Below, one piece after another: positions 8,911 through 17,575 of a stretch of DNA of 40,049 nucleotides. Position numbers and translations under genes: made by a program. Under the pieces are notes generated by a model. It had not been told where the DNA came from. It saw nothing but the letters and a program-made list of their open reading frames with translations, and searched no databases. How positions within the stretch are numbered: position 1 is the first letter of the stretch; each line of letters starts with the position of its first letter. Origin of the DNA: Elusimicrobiota bacterium (GTDB lineage: Bacteria; Elusimicrobiota; Elusimicrobia; 2-01-FULL-59-12); contig JBBSDO010000002.1 of NCBI GenBank assembly GCA_038241515.1, positions 1 through 40,049 of the forward strand, written 5' to 3'.

Positions 8911-10032
8911 ATGATTATTGGAATCCCCAAAGAAGTGAAACAGGGTGAGTTTCGGGTGGCTTTGACGCCATCCGGGGCAGAGGCCCTGCGCTCCGAGGGG
9001 CATCGCGTGCTCGTCCAAAAGTTCGCCGGGGAGCAGGCAGGCTTTCCGGACTCGGAATACCGCAAGGCAGGCGCAACGGTTGTTTCAAAAGCGGCCGCCG
9101 TTTGGGCGGCTCAACTCGTGCTGAAGGTGAAAGAACCTCTCCCTGAGGAGTTCGGTTTCTTTCGACAGAACCAAATTCTCTTCACGTTTCTCCATTTGGC
9201 CCCCAACGCCCAGCTGGTGCGGGCGCTCCTGAGGAAGCGCGTCACCGCGATCGGATATGAAACGGTGGAAGAACAAGGCGGGAAACTGCCCATTCTTGAA
9301 CCCATGTCCGAAATCGCTGGGCGGATCGCCGCGTTGATGGGGGCGTATTATCAAGCCAATCCCCAGGGTGGGCGAGGCGTGCTTTTTGGAGGAATGCCCG
9401 GCGTCCTCCCAGCCCACGTAGTCATTCTTGGCGGGGGCACGGTCGGCGAAAATGCGGCCCGAGTTGCGGTGGGAATGGGTTCGCGTGTGACCATTCTTGA
9501 GCGGCGGGCGGACCGGATGCGTTACCTAGACGAAATCTTGCCACATGTCTCCACTCTCATGGCGGACTCGGCATCCATCCGCAATGCCGTGAGTTCTGCG
9601 GACATTCTGATCGGTGCGGTCCACCTGCCAGGCGCGCGCACTCCTCAGCTAGTCAACCGCGCGCTTGTGAAAAAAATGAAACCCCGCAGTGTGATTGTGG
9701 ATGTGGCTATCGATCAGGGAGGAAGTTGTGAAACGTCGCGGCCCACAAGCCACTTCAAACCTTCCTATATTGCCGAGGGCGTCCTGCACTACTGTGTCCC
9801 CAATATGCCGGGAGCCTACGGTCGCACCTCCACGCTGGCTCTAACGAACGCAACGCTTCCTTATATTCTTCTCATCGCACGATTCGGAGTCACGAAAGCG
9901 GCGATTGATTCGCGCGCCTTGCTCAAAGGTCTACAATGCTACGAAGGGCAGGTTCTTTGTCGCCCCGTGGCCGAAACCCAAAAATTACCCTATGCGCCTG
10001 CCGAACAGATTTTCTTCTCTCAAGCGAACTAA
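8911..10032 (+). CDS. ald: alanine dehydrogenase
   Basis: 373 aa containing MIIGIPKEVKQGEFRVALTPSG and the NAD fold VVILGGGTVGENAA. It shows the full-length pattern of L-alanine dehydrogenase. Confidence 0.95.
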   Translation: MIIGIPKEVKQGEFRVALTPSGAEALRSEGHRVLVQKFAGEQAGFPDSEYRKAGATVVSKAAAVWAAQLVLKVKEPLPEEFGFFRQNQILFTFLHLAPNAQLVRALLRKRVTAIGYETVEEQGGKLPILEPMSEIAGRIAALMGAYYQANPQGGRGVLFGGMPGVLPAHVVILGGGTVGENAARVAVGMGSRVTILERRADRMRYLDEILPHVSTLMADSASIRNAVSSADILIGAVHLPGARTPQLVNRALVKKMKPRSVIVDVAIDQGGSCETSRPTSHFKPSYIAEGVLHYCVPNMPGAYGRTSTLALTNATLPYILLIARFGVTKAAIDSRALLKGLQCYEGQVLCRPVAETQKLPYAPAEQIFFSQAN

Positions 10033-10447
10033 TTCCCATGGCTTTACCCTGGTTGAGTTGATGATCGTAGTCGTCATCATTGCGGTTATTGCCGCAATTG
10101 CTATTCCCCGGTTCGCCAATCTGATTCTGAAGTCGAAAGAAAGTGCCACAAAGGGTGGGCTTGGAGAACTGCGCGCCGCTTTATCCATTTATTTTGGCGA
10201 TAACGACCAGATTTATCCCACTGACACCCTGGGTTCTCTGACGTCGAATTTGAAGTATTTGTCCCTCATTCCGCAAGTGAAAATCCCCAAGAACCATCTC
10301 GACACCTTCAACGTTTCCCCGGAACCTTATCCTACCGACACCGGCACCTGGTCCTACAACAACAACGATGCAAGTACAACGTGGGGAGATCTCTTTGTGG
10401 GCTGCCTCCACCAGGATGCCTACGGTTCAACCTGGACGGCGTACTAG
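9992..10447 (+). CDS. prepilin-type N-terminal cleavage/methylation domain protein (type IV pilin / T2SS pseudopilin-like)
   Basis: It has the G|FTLVELMIVVVIIAVIAAIAIP class-III signal and a ~120-aa C-terminal domain. The only in-frame ATG upstream of the Gly is at 9992 (leader MRLPNRFSSLKRTNSHG), which overlaps the ald 3' end by 41 nt. The track ORF 9905-10447 is the over-extended version. Confidence 0.75.
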   Translation: MRLPNRFSSLKRTNSHGFTLVELMIVVVIIAVIAAIAIPRFANLILKSKESATKGGLGELRAALSIYFGDNDQIYPTDTLGSLTSNLKYLSLIPQVKIPKNHLDTFNVSPEPYPTDTGTWSYNNNDASTTWGDLFVGCLHQDAYGSTWTAY

Positions 10448-10450
10448 CCG

Positions 10451-11308
10451 ATGTGCCGATTGCTTGGTTGTCTTTCCTTCGATCCGATTCAATCCTTGTA
10501 TGTCTTGCGAGATTCCGAACAGTCTCTCTTCCGGCAGAGCTATGCAGACAAGAAACGTCTTCAGGGCGACGGCTGGGGTATCGGCTGGCTAGAGAGTAAA
10601 AGAGGACGCGTAGTTAAGAGCCCTAGACCCCTTTATCGAGAGAAAAGTAGATTGAGCGCAGCGGCTTTACGAGTGCGAGGCTCCTGTCTCATCGGTCACG
10701 TGCGCTGGGCTTCGAATCCACTCAAGCTTCCGAAAACACAGCTCATTGGGAAGGTTCATACTCAGCCGTTTCAATTTAAGAACTGGCTGTTCGCACATAA
10801 CGGAACGCTGTATATTCCACGCGAAGTAAAGGCACATATAGGGGATTGGGCCCAATTCCTCAAGGGGCGCAATGATAGCGAAGTATTGTTTTATTGGCTT
10901 ATGAAAGATCTCTGGCCACTCCTAAAGGGAGAATCTCAAAGTCTACGCGAGTTAGGGATGGCCGTTCGTCGAAGCGTCCAAGGTCTTAACCGGATTTGGG
11001 CGAGTTGCCGCAAAAAGTATCCTATCTATCGATATGCCTATCACGGGTTAAACTGGGTTCTAACTAATGGACAGGTCATGCTGGCATTTTGCTACGTCGA
11101 CCCTAAAGGTTTTGATTCAGCCACCGCACTATGCTCAAAAGGTCAAAGCTATTATCAAGTGCAGTTTCAAGCCAGCCCAAAGACCACAGTCTTTGCTTCG
11201 GAACCCCTATACGGGAAAGGCGATTGGTTGCCGATGCGACATGGGGAGTTAATTCTGGCCCAACTTATGCCACGCGGCATAAAAAATGACCGTTTAAAGG
11301 TTTTTTGA
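10451..11308 (+). CDS. class II (Ntn-type) glutamine amidotransferase, YafJ-like
   Basis: It starts MCRLLG, with the nucleophilic Cys directly after Met, and contains GDGWGIGW and HVRWAS..., typical of GATase_4/YafJ-type proteins. Confidence 0.8.
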   Translation: MCRLLGCLSFDPIQSLYVLRDSEQSLFRQSYADKKRLQGDGWGIGWLESKRGRVVKSPRPLYREKSRLSAAALRVRGSCLIGHVRWASNPLKLPKTQLIGKVHTQPFQFKNWLFAHNGTLYIPREVKAHIGDWAQFLKGRNDSEVLFYWLMKDLWPLLKGESQSLRELGMAVRRSVQGLNRIWASCRKKYPIYRYAYHGLNWVLTNGQVMLAFCYVDPKGFDSATALCSKGQSYYQVQFQASPKTTVFASEPLYGKGDWLPMRHGELILAQLMPRGIKNDRLKVF

Positions 11309-11607
11309 TGGCTTTAAGTCTAATTTTCGTCCTTATTTGCTGTTGGCTATTCTGGAATGCTCTGAAGTTTTACCGCCACATGAACTGGAACGAACCGGCG
11401 GAGTCGAGCCCCGATTTCAAAGCGATGCGAAAAAAAGAGGCCGAACTGGTGCATATACAGGAAGTATTAGAATCAGCGCACAAAGAGGGAAAGATATCGG
11501 ATGCTCTAGTTCACGAATTCAATCAATTTTACGAAAGAGAAGCGGCCGAATTGAAAGCCGAGGAATCCCTTTGGAAGAGCCGCCATCATAAAAGTGACAA
11601 TACCTGA
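11308..11607 (+). CDS. small hypothetical membrane-anchored protein
   Basis: A ~99-aa ORF with one N-terminal hydrophobic helix (ALSLIFVLICCWLFW) and a charged helical tail. The ATG overlaps the upstream stop (TGATG). I recognised no family. Confidence 0.5.
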   Translation: MALSLIFVLICCWLFWNALKFYRHMNWNEPAESSPDFKAMRKKEAELVHIQEVLESAHKEGKISDALVHEFNQFYEREAAELKAEESLWKSRHHKSDNT

Positions 11608-12175
11608 GCCTGTCCCAGCACTCAAGGAATGGCAGGTTGTTTGCGCTGCTCTGGGACAAGGCTTGCAAACGATTACGCTTCGCAAAGGGGGGATCGAGGA
11701 GGAGCAAGGGGAGTTTCGCCCGCGGTTTCCTAAATTCTTGCTCTATCCAACTCGCGAACACCAAACAGCCGCCGCGATTCAACCCTCCTATCGACACCTT
11801 CTCGAACACAATTCTCCCCAGCCCCCGGAACCGGGAAAGCTTTGTTTCGATCTGTGGGCGACCTTTGAACGCGGCTATCCAATCCTCTCACGCAAAACAG
11901 CTTTGGCCTTGGCTCGTTTTACGGTTTGGACACCCGACGCGCTGTCGAAACGGTTCGATCTTTACCCAGAGAAGCCCATGATATTGATGATCTTACGGGT
12001 GCACAAGCTCCCGCATCCGCTGATCATTTCGGAAGACCCCAGCTACGCGGGTTGTCGCTCTTGGGTTCCATTGGTGAACTTCCGCCCGTCTCCTGATCTC
12101 ACCGGGCCTCCAGTCTTGGATCACGAAAGATTTACCAAAACCACCGTTGAAATTGAACACGTTATTCGTTTCTAA
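11594..12175 (+). CDS. hypothetical protein, DUF1802-like
   Basis: 193 aa with a GTG start. The N-terminus ALKEWQVVCAALGQGLQTITLRKGGIEE resembles the DUF1802 family as I remember it. I did not verify this by search. Confidence 0.55.
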   Translation: MTIPEPVPALKEWQVVCAALGQGLQTITLRKGGIEEEQGEFRPRFPKFLLYPTREHQTAAAIQPSYRHLLEHNSPQPPEPGKLCFDLWATFERGYPILSRKTALALARFTVWTPDALSKRFDLYPEKPMILMILRVHKLPHPLIISEDPSYAGCRSWVPLVNFRPSPDLTGPPVLDHERFTKTTVEIEHVIRF

Positions 12176-12178
12176 AAA

Positions 12179-12208
12179 TTGACTTCTCGTCAGAAATGTT
12201 GATAAAGT
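12179..12208 (+). promoter_or_regulatory. candidate sigma70-type promoter for the REC-HD-GYP gene
   Basis: TTGACT (12179-12184), an 18-nt spacer, then TAAAGT (12203-12208). The ATG lies only 9 nt downstream and there is no SD. Confidence 0.35.
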
Positions 12209-12217
12209 AAGGCCCTC

Positions 12218-13240
12218 ATGGACGCTTCCGGAATCGGGTATGCCGGCTCCAAGATCCTCCTCATTGAAGACGACCCCCAAGCGGCAGGAATTTTAGAACC
12301 AATCCTTATTTCCAAAGGCTTTTCTGTTGCCATTGCGCGCGATGGCATCGAAGGCCTCGAGAAAGTCGATGTACTTTCCCCGGACATCATGCTCGTTGAT
12401 ATTCATATGCCTAGGATGGATGGACTCGAGTTTTGTCGCCAGGTGAAAAATAACCCTCACACGCGTCTTATTCCCGTCATCATGTTGACGGCGAGCACGG
12501 AGATGGACAAGAAACTGGAGGCGCTCGAAGCCGGTGCTGACGATTTTGTCAACAAACCGTACAACTCGCTCGAGCTGGTGACGCGCGTGAAATCACTTCT
12601 TCGCGTCAAATATTTGAACGAGCAATTGGATAATGCCGAAGACGTTCTCTTCGCGATGGCACGAACTATCGAAGCAAAAGATTCGTACACCCAGGGCCAT
12701 GTCGAACGCGTTTCTCGTTTGGCTGTTCGATTAGGCGAGCATCTCGGTTTATCTGAAGAAGAGAAGGACGCGCTCCGCAAAGGTGGAATTTTGCATGACA
12801 TTGGCAAGATTGGAGTTCCCGATAAGATTCTGAATAAGGCAGGCCCCCTCACGAGCGAAGAACGCTTGATTATCCGAATGCATCCGGCGCAGGGGGCCAA
12901 GATCTGTGAAAAACTCAAGACCATGCGCGGGGCGATACCCGTTATTCGTCATCACCATGAACGAATGGACGGCACAGGATATCCTGATAAACTTTCGGGA
13001 AAAGACATACCCATTTTGGCGCGCATTATGACGATTGTGGATATTTATGACGCATTGACGACTACCCGTTCCTACCGCAAACGCCTGCCCCAAGATGTGG
13101 CGCTCGAAATTCTCTGGGAAGAGGCCAACAAAGGGTGGTGGGATAAGGAAATTCTCGGCGAATTTACCAAGATGATCCGCGCGGTTAAAGGAGATAATAA
13201 TTTCGAAGAAGCCGCCAAAACCACCTCTGCCTTTTCGTAG
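12218..13240 (+). CDS. response regulator with HD-GYP domain (putative c-di-GMP phosphodiesterase, RpfG-like)
   Basis: The REC domain shows ILLIEDD...LVDIHMPRMDG...VIMLTAS. The HD-GYP domain shows HVERVS...GILHDIGKIGVP...HHHERMDGTGYPDKL. Confidence 0.9.
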   Translation: MDASGIGYAGSKILLIEDDPQAAGILEPILISKGFSVAIARDGIEGLEKVDVLSPDIMLVDIHMPRMDGLEFCRQVKNNPHTRLIPVIMLTASTEMDKKLEALEAGADDFVNKPYNSLELVTRVKSLLRVKYLNEQLDNAEDVLFAMARTIEAKDSYTQGHVERVSRLAVRLGEHLGLSEEEKDALRKGGILHDIGKIGVPDKILNKAGPLTSEERLIIRMHPAQGAKICEKLKTMRGAIPVIRHHHERMDGTGYPDKLSGKDIPILARIMTIVDIYDALTTTRSYRKRLPQDVALEILWEEANKGWWDKEILGEFTKMIRAVKGDNNFEEAAKTTSAFS

Positions 13241-13294
13241 TACACTCTAAGTCGTCCCCTTCACCTTCGTAACCCATAAAGGATCCACCTGCTT

Positions 13295-14827
13295 ATGAGC
13301 TCTATTTTCCGCTCCATCAAGTTTAACGTCATTTTGTTCTTAATCATCGCCTCGCTGGCCGCCCTAGGCACTTTTATTCCCCAGGTGACCGACAGCGCCG
13401 ATAAAGTAAACGCTCTCCTCGGCCATCATCCTCTTTGGGGACGAATTTTAAATGGCTGGGGCATTTTTGACATTTACCATACCTTTCTCTTTGCGGCTCT
13501 CTTGGGTTTGATGGCTTTTGATGTGGTCGTTTGCAAATTGTGGAACAAGCCTCCCGATCCCGGACTGGTGCCGCTAGCCGAGAATCAGTCGGACGAGGAA
13601 GACGCGACCCTGCAGGCACTGCGCAAAAAACCCTTTCGACTAGAGGGGTTGATGGACAGCTCCGTATCCGAGCTTTCGGAAAGATTGTCCTCCACGCTCA
13701 AAACTCATAACTTCAGCATCAAGAAGATTGTCTTGCCTGCCGGAGGAGTCGCCTTCGTCGCTTCGCGGCACCGGTTGCAGCGCTGGGGCAGCTACGTCTC
13801 GCACATTGCCCTTGTCGTCATTCTCCTCGGCGCCGTCATGAAAAGTCTCATGGGATTTGAAACTTTCTTGCCCATATTAGAAGGCCGATCCGCGAACGTT
13901 TCGCAAGCGATATACGAGACGCTTAGCGAACCCGCGCGTGATCCTTCTCTTCCCAACTGGGTTCAAACCTTCGACCGATGGGCCGCTTGGCCGCACCATT
14001 TGAAAAATGCGCTGATGCGCCGTTCCCTCGATCCTATCCAGCATTGGGAGCTTTTCGTGGATAAGCTGACAGTCGATTTCTATCAGCACTCGACGACCCC
14101 CAGCACCTTCGCCAGCAAAGTACGGCTATATAATTTTGATCACTCGGTAGCCGACACCACGATTCGCGTCAACCAACCTCTTGACGTAAACCATGTTCGC
14201 TTTTATCAAGCATCGTGGGGCGTCACGGGCATGATTCGCGGTGCCGTGCTTCAAATCAACGGCAAAGACGTGCCCATGGGTATGAAACAGACATTTCCGA
14301 TCCCGGGCGAGCCCTGGACGGGTCGCCTTGAGCACTATCTGCCGGATTTCACAATCGGCCAAGACGGTCAGCCCACTACGGCCAGCCTCGAATGGAAACA
14401 CCCAGCCATCGTGATCGGCTTTTACAACAAAAAGAAAACGCAGATCGGCACGCTGGTCCTCGGTGCACCGTCGCCTGCGAGCGCTCCAGGCGAAGAGCCC
14501 TGGGGGCTTTTTTTCTTCGCCGGAGGACATCTCCCCGTGCGCCCACCGTTTCGAGTGCGCTCTGTTGAGCCTGTACTTTTCTCTGGGGTGCAAGTCACTT
14601 ATGACCCTGGCTTCCCCGTGATCGTAACAGGTGTTCTTTCGATGCTTCTGGGGCTGGCGGCGCTTTTCTATCTGCACCAGCGACGGGTGATCATCTTTCT
14701 GCGTCCTGTACCCAACAAAGCGGAAACTCGAGTCGATGTCGGAGGTTGGAGCTCGCGGGGCGCAAAGGAATTTGACCGGGAATTCAAAAAGATTTTCGAT
14801 CAATGGGAGCTTGCCGACATTCGATGA
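13295..14827 (+). CDS. resB: cytochrome c biogenesis protein ResB/Ccs1 (system II)
   Basis: 510 aa. The N-terminal motif is IKFNVILFLIIASLAALGTFIPQ. It has a large soluble central domain and a C-terminal TM segment, and a CcsA-family gene lies two genes downstream. Confidence 0.85.
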   Translation: MSSIFRSIKFNVILFLIIASLAALGTFIPQVTDSADKVNALLGHHPLWGRILNGWGIFDIYHTFLFAALLGLMAFDVVVCKLWNKPPDPGLVPLAENQSDEEDATLQALRKKPFRLEGLMDSSVSELSERLSSTLKTHNFSIKKIVLPAGGVAFVASRHRLQRWGSYVSHIALVVILLGAVMKSLMGFETFLPILEGRSANVSQAIYETLSEPARDPSLPNWVQTFDRWAAWPHHLKNALMRRSLDPIQHWELFVDKLTVDFYQHSTTPSTFASKVRLYNFDHSVADTTIRVNQPLDVNHVRFYQASWGVTGMIRGAVLQINGKDVPMGMKQTFPIPGEPWTGRLEHYLPDFTIGQDGQPTTASLEWKHPAIVIGFYNKKKTQIGTLVLGAPSPASAPGEEPWGLFFFAGGHLPVRPPFRVRSVEPVLFSGVQVTYDPGFPVIVTGVLSMLLGLAALFYLHQRRVIIFLRPVPNKAETRVDVGGWSSRGAKEFDREFKKIFDQWELADIR

Positions 14828-15459
14828 AATACTACCCCATCTTCCTAAACCTAAAAGAGCGTACGGTTCTCCTCGTAGGCGCGGGAGAGATTAGTCTACA
14901 GAAAATCCGCGGACTTCGGGAATGCGAGGCGCGTGTCCACGTCGTGGCCCCCGAGGCCCTCCCGGAGATTCAACAGCTGGCGCAAAGCGGTACAATAGAA
15001 TGGAACCAGCGAGATTATAGAACTGACGATCTCGCTGGGAAAAATCTTGTCATTGCCGCGACCGACGATAAAGACCTGCAAAAGCGTATTGCTTCCGAAG
15101 CGCGAGAACGCGGCCTCTGGGTGAATATCGTGGACGTACCTCCACTTTGTGACTTCATCGCACCCGCACTTGTGAGCCAGGGCGACATTCAAATCGCCAT
15201 CTCGACCGGCGGTGCAGCCCCGGCACTGGCCAAGTTCATTCGCAAAAAGCTAGAGCCCATTATCGGACCTGAATACGGTCAGCTCGTGCAGATGGTCCAG
15301 GGCCTGCGCCCCGATATTTTAAAGCTTCCAAAAGCCAGGCGCTTGTCGCTGTGGGACTGTATTGTGAGTCAACAATTTTTAGATCAAATTCGAACCGCTG
15401 GGGTCCAGCAAGCGGAGACCCAACTCAAGGAGTGGATTTATGGAAAACATCCTTTTTAA
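14824..15459 (+). CDS. sirC: precorrin-2 dehydrogenase / sirohydrochlorin ferrochelatase (CysG N-terminal-domain type)
   Basis: MKYYPIFLNLKERTVLLVGAGEISLQKIRGL matches the siroheme synthase N-terminal domain pattern. The ATG overlaps the resB stop (ATGA). Confidence 0.85.
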   Translation: MKYYPIFLNLKERTVLLVGAGEISLQKIRGLRECEARVHVVAPEALPEIQQLAQSGTIEWNQRDYRTDDLAGKNLVIAATDDKDLQKRIASEARERGLWVNIVDVPPLCDFIAPALVSQGDIQIAISTGGAAPALAKFIRKKLEPIIGPEYGQLVQMVQGLRPDILKLPKARRLSLWDCIVSQQFLDQIRTAGVQQAETQLKEWIYGKHPF

Positions 15460-16351
15460 TATCGCCTACGGCTGTTACACGGCCAGCACGGCACTTTTTC
15501 TAGCCTACCTCATCACCAAGAAGGAAAAATACAGTCGCGTCGCTCTTATTATTCTTGGTGTGGCCTTAGCGATTCATGTAGGAAGTTTAATTACTCGTAC
15601 AGTGGTCGCGCGTACGAATTACATGCACCAGGCGGTTGCCCTGCGCGCCGAAGGGAAAACAGAAGCTGCAATCGGCGCCGAACGCGCAGCGCACTCCTAC
15701 GTCCCTTGGAGCAACTGGTTCGAAAGCTTTTCTTTTTTTGGTGCGATTATTGGGGCGATTTACTTTTTTATATCCCTGAACCTGCCGATACCCATACTGG
15801 GTGTCTTCATCATGCCGATCAGTTGGGGGCTTTTAACCGTCGCCTTCTTCTCTGACAAAGCGATCCGACCGCTCATGCCTGCTCTCCATAGCTACTGGAT
15901 GGCCATTCACGTGCCGATCATGTTTACGTCCTATTCGATTCTGGGAGTTGCCTTTGCCGTGGGTATAGCCTACCTGATCGAAGAATATCAGCTTAAATCA
16001 AAACATCCCAGCGAGTTATCCTACCGCCTTCCCTCTCTCGACGAGCTCGACAACTTGATTTACAAACTCATCATGGCCGCTTTTCCGCCTCTGACATTAG
16101 GGATTTTTCTTGGAGGCGTCTGGGCCTACTCGGCTTGGGGACGGTTTTGGGGCTGGGATCCGAAGGAAACTTGGGCGTTGATCACCTGGTTCATTTACGT
16201 CGTCTATCTGCACCTACGTTTATTTGTCGGGTGGCGAGGCCGGAAAACGGCGTATCTTTCCCTTATTGGGTTTTGTTTTGTTCTTTTCACTTACGTGGGT
16301 GTGAATTATCTGAGCCCGCTGCATGGATTTTTATCGGGGACAGGGCGCTAA
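15440..16351 (+). CDS. ccsA: cytochrome c assembly protein CcsA/ResC family (could alternatively be a HemX-type member)
   Basis: 303 aa, polytopic, with the Trp-rich haem-handling motif WGRFWGWDPKETWALITW. It sits between sirC and hemA. Confidence 0.85.
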   Translation: MENILFNIAYGCYTASTALFLAYLITKKEKYSRVALIILGVALAIHVGSLITRTVVARTNYMHQAVALRAEGKTEAAIGAERAAHSYVPWSNWFESFSFFGAIIGAIYFFISLNLPIPILGVFIMPISWGLLTVAFFSDKAIRPLMPALHSYWMAIHVPIMFTSYSILGVAFAVGIAYLIEEYQLKSKHPSELSYRLPSLDELDNLIYKLIMAAFPPLTLGIFLGGVWAYSAWGRFWGWDPKETWALITWFIYVVYLHLRLFVGWRGRKTAYLSLIGFCFVLFTYVGVNYLSPLHGFLSGTGR

Positions 16352-16370
16352 TGAACTACGGAAGGGCAAC

Positions 16371-16467
16371 AGGCAAAGGGCAAAAGGCAAAAGGCAAATC
16401 TCTCGAGGTATTTCTATTTAAAGAAACCCGCAAGAGTTTTGCTTTTTTCCTTTTGCCCTTTGCCTTT
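16371..16467 (+). terminator. long inverted repeat with tandem GGCAAA(A/G) arms; possible intrinsic terminator after ccsA
   Basis: AGGCAAAGGGCAAAAGG (16371-16387) is the perfect complement of CCTTTTGCCCTTTGCCT (16449-16465). The pairing extends with 2 mismatches to about 28 bp, the loop is 39 nt, and TTTGATTTT follows. Confidence 0.4.
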
Positions 16468-16478
16468 TGATTTTCCGT

Positions 16479-17570
16479 ATGTCCCTCGTCGTCATCGGCC
16501 TCAACCATCGCACCGCTCCCGTCGAACTTAGGGAACGCCTCGCCTTTTCCGGTCGTGGTCTCGAAGAAACTCTCCCTAAACTTAAGAGCGAATGGAACTT
16601 GGACGAACTCGTCATCCTTTCTACTTGCAACCGCACCGAGTTTTACGGAAACGCCGAACGCCCGGGCTCTACGCGCGAAACTCTAGGACGGTGGCTAATT
16701 CAGCACACGGAGACCGCCTCTCTCGACTCCCACCTTTACTACTTTGAAAATGAGCAAGCCGTTCAGCACCTTTTCAAGGTAGCCTCGGGACTCGATTCCA
16801 TGGTGGTCGGCGAGCATGAAATCCTTAGTCAAGTAAAGAGCGCTTATCTCGTCTCACAGCGGGCGGGATGCACGCACAAATTATTGAATGTTCTATTCCA
16901 GCGAAGCTTGTATGTCGGCAAACGGGTGCGCACGGAAACAGGTCTGTCGCTGGGCTCGGCCTCGATCGGCAGTGTGGCTGTGGGAATGGCCGAACGGATC
17001 TTCGGCGATTTGCGCGAGCGAACCGTGATGATTCTCGGCGCGGGCAAGATGGCCGAACTCACAGCCAAGTACCTTTTATCGCAAAAAGTCCGATCGATTT
17101 TGGTCTCCAACCGCACCTTCGAGCGAGCCGAGGACCTGGCTAAGCAATTCGGAGGCAAAGCGCTTCATTTCGAAGACGCTCTTAACCAGCTGGACGATAC
17201 CGACATCGTCATCTGTTCGACCGCGGCGCCCCATCCGATTATTCAAGCCGATCAAGTGATGGCACTCATGCAGCGCCGCAAAGGGCGTTCTCTGTTTTTT
17301 ATCGATATCGCGGTACCGCGCGACGTGCATCCCGATGTCCATGAGATCGACAATGTTTACGTCTACAACATTGATGACCTTCAAAGCATCGTGACGAATA
17401 ACCTCTCAAAGCGAGGAAATGAAGTGCAGCTGGCCGAGGCGATCATCAACGAAAAAAACGCGGAGTTTGCTCACTGGCTTCAGGCCTACCACGCGGGCCA
17501 AGACCACAGTCTCCGCCATGCCGATTTGCCTCCCGACCCCACGTTGTCACGCGCTCCCGACGTCAAGTAG
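16479..17570 (+). CDS. hemA: glutamyl-tRNA reductase
   Basis: MSLVVIGLNHRTAPVELRERLAF, ILSTCNRTEFY, HLFKVASGLDSMVVGE and ILGAGKM are classic HemA motifs. I preferred the ATG at 16479 over the TTG at 16467. Confidence 0.95.
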   Translation: MSLVVIGLNHRTAPVELRERLAFSGRGLEETLPKLKSEWNLDELVILSTCNRTEFYGNAERPGSTRETLGRWLIQHTETASLDSHLYYFENEQAVQHLFKVASGLDSMVVGEHEILSQVKSAYLVSQRAGCTHKLLNVLFQRSLYVGKRVRTETGLSLGSASIGSVAVGMAERIFGDLRERTVMILGAGKMAELTAKYLLSQKVRSILVSNRTFERAEDLAKQFGGKALHFEDALNQLDDTDIVICSTAAPHPIIQADQVMALMQRRKGRSLFFIDIAVPRDVHPDVHEIDNVYVYNIDDLQSIVTNNLSKRGNEVQLAEAIINEKNAEFAHWLQAYHAGQDHSLRHADLPPDPTLSRAPDVK

Positions 17571-17575
17571 ACGTT

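Noticed and set aside
8620-9018. 132-aa minus-strand ORF spanning the tautomerase gene, the hairpin and the ald start.
   Set aside because: It overlaps two plus-strand genes that have good start contexts and recognisable products. Part of it is the translation of the inverted repeat.
9905-9991. N-terminal 29 codons of the 180-aa track ORF for the pilin-like gene.
   Set aside because: They lie inside the ald coding sequence in another frame. Prepilin leaders are short, so the gene most likely starts at 9992 or later.
12457-13093. Minus-strand ORFs of 155 aa and 114 aa inside the REC-HD-GYP gene.
   Set aside because: They are antisense to a CDS with unambiguous REC and HD-GYP motifs.
14126-14803. 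225-aa minus-strand ORF.
   Set aside because: It is fully antisense to resB, which has clear family motifs and operon context. It has no independent support.
16135-16470. 111-aa plus-strand ORF ending in GKGQKAKGKS..., and 16418-16636(-).
   Set aside because: Its 5' part is off-frame within ccsA, and its 3' part is simply the translated GGCAAAG hairpin arms.
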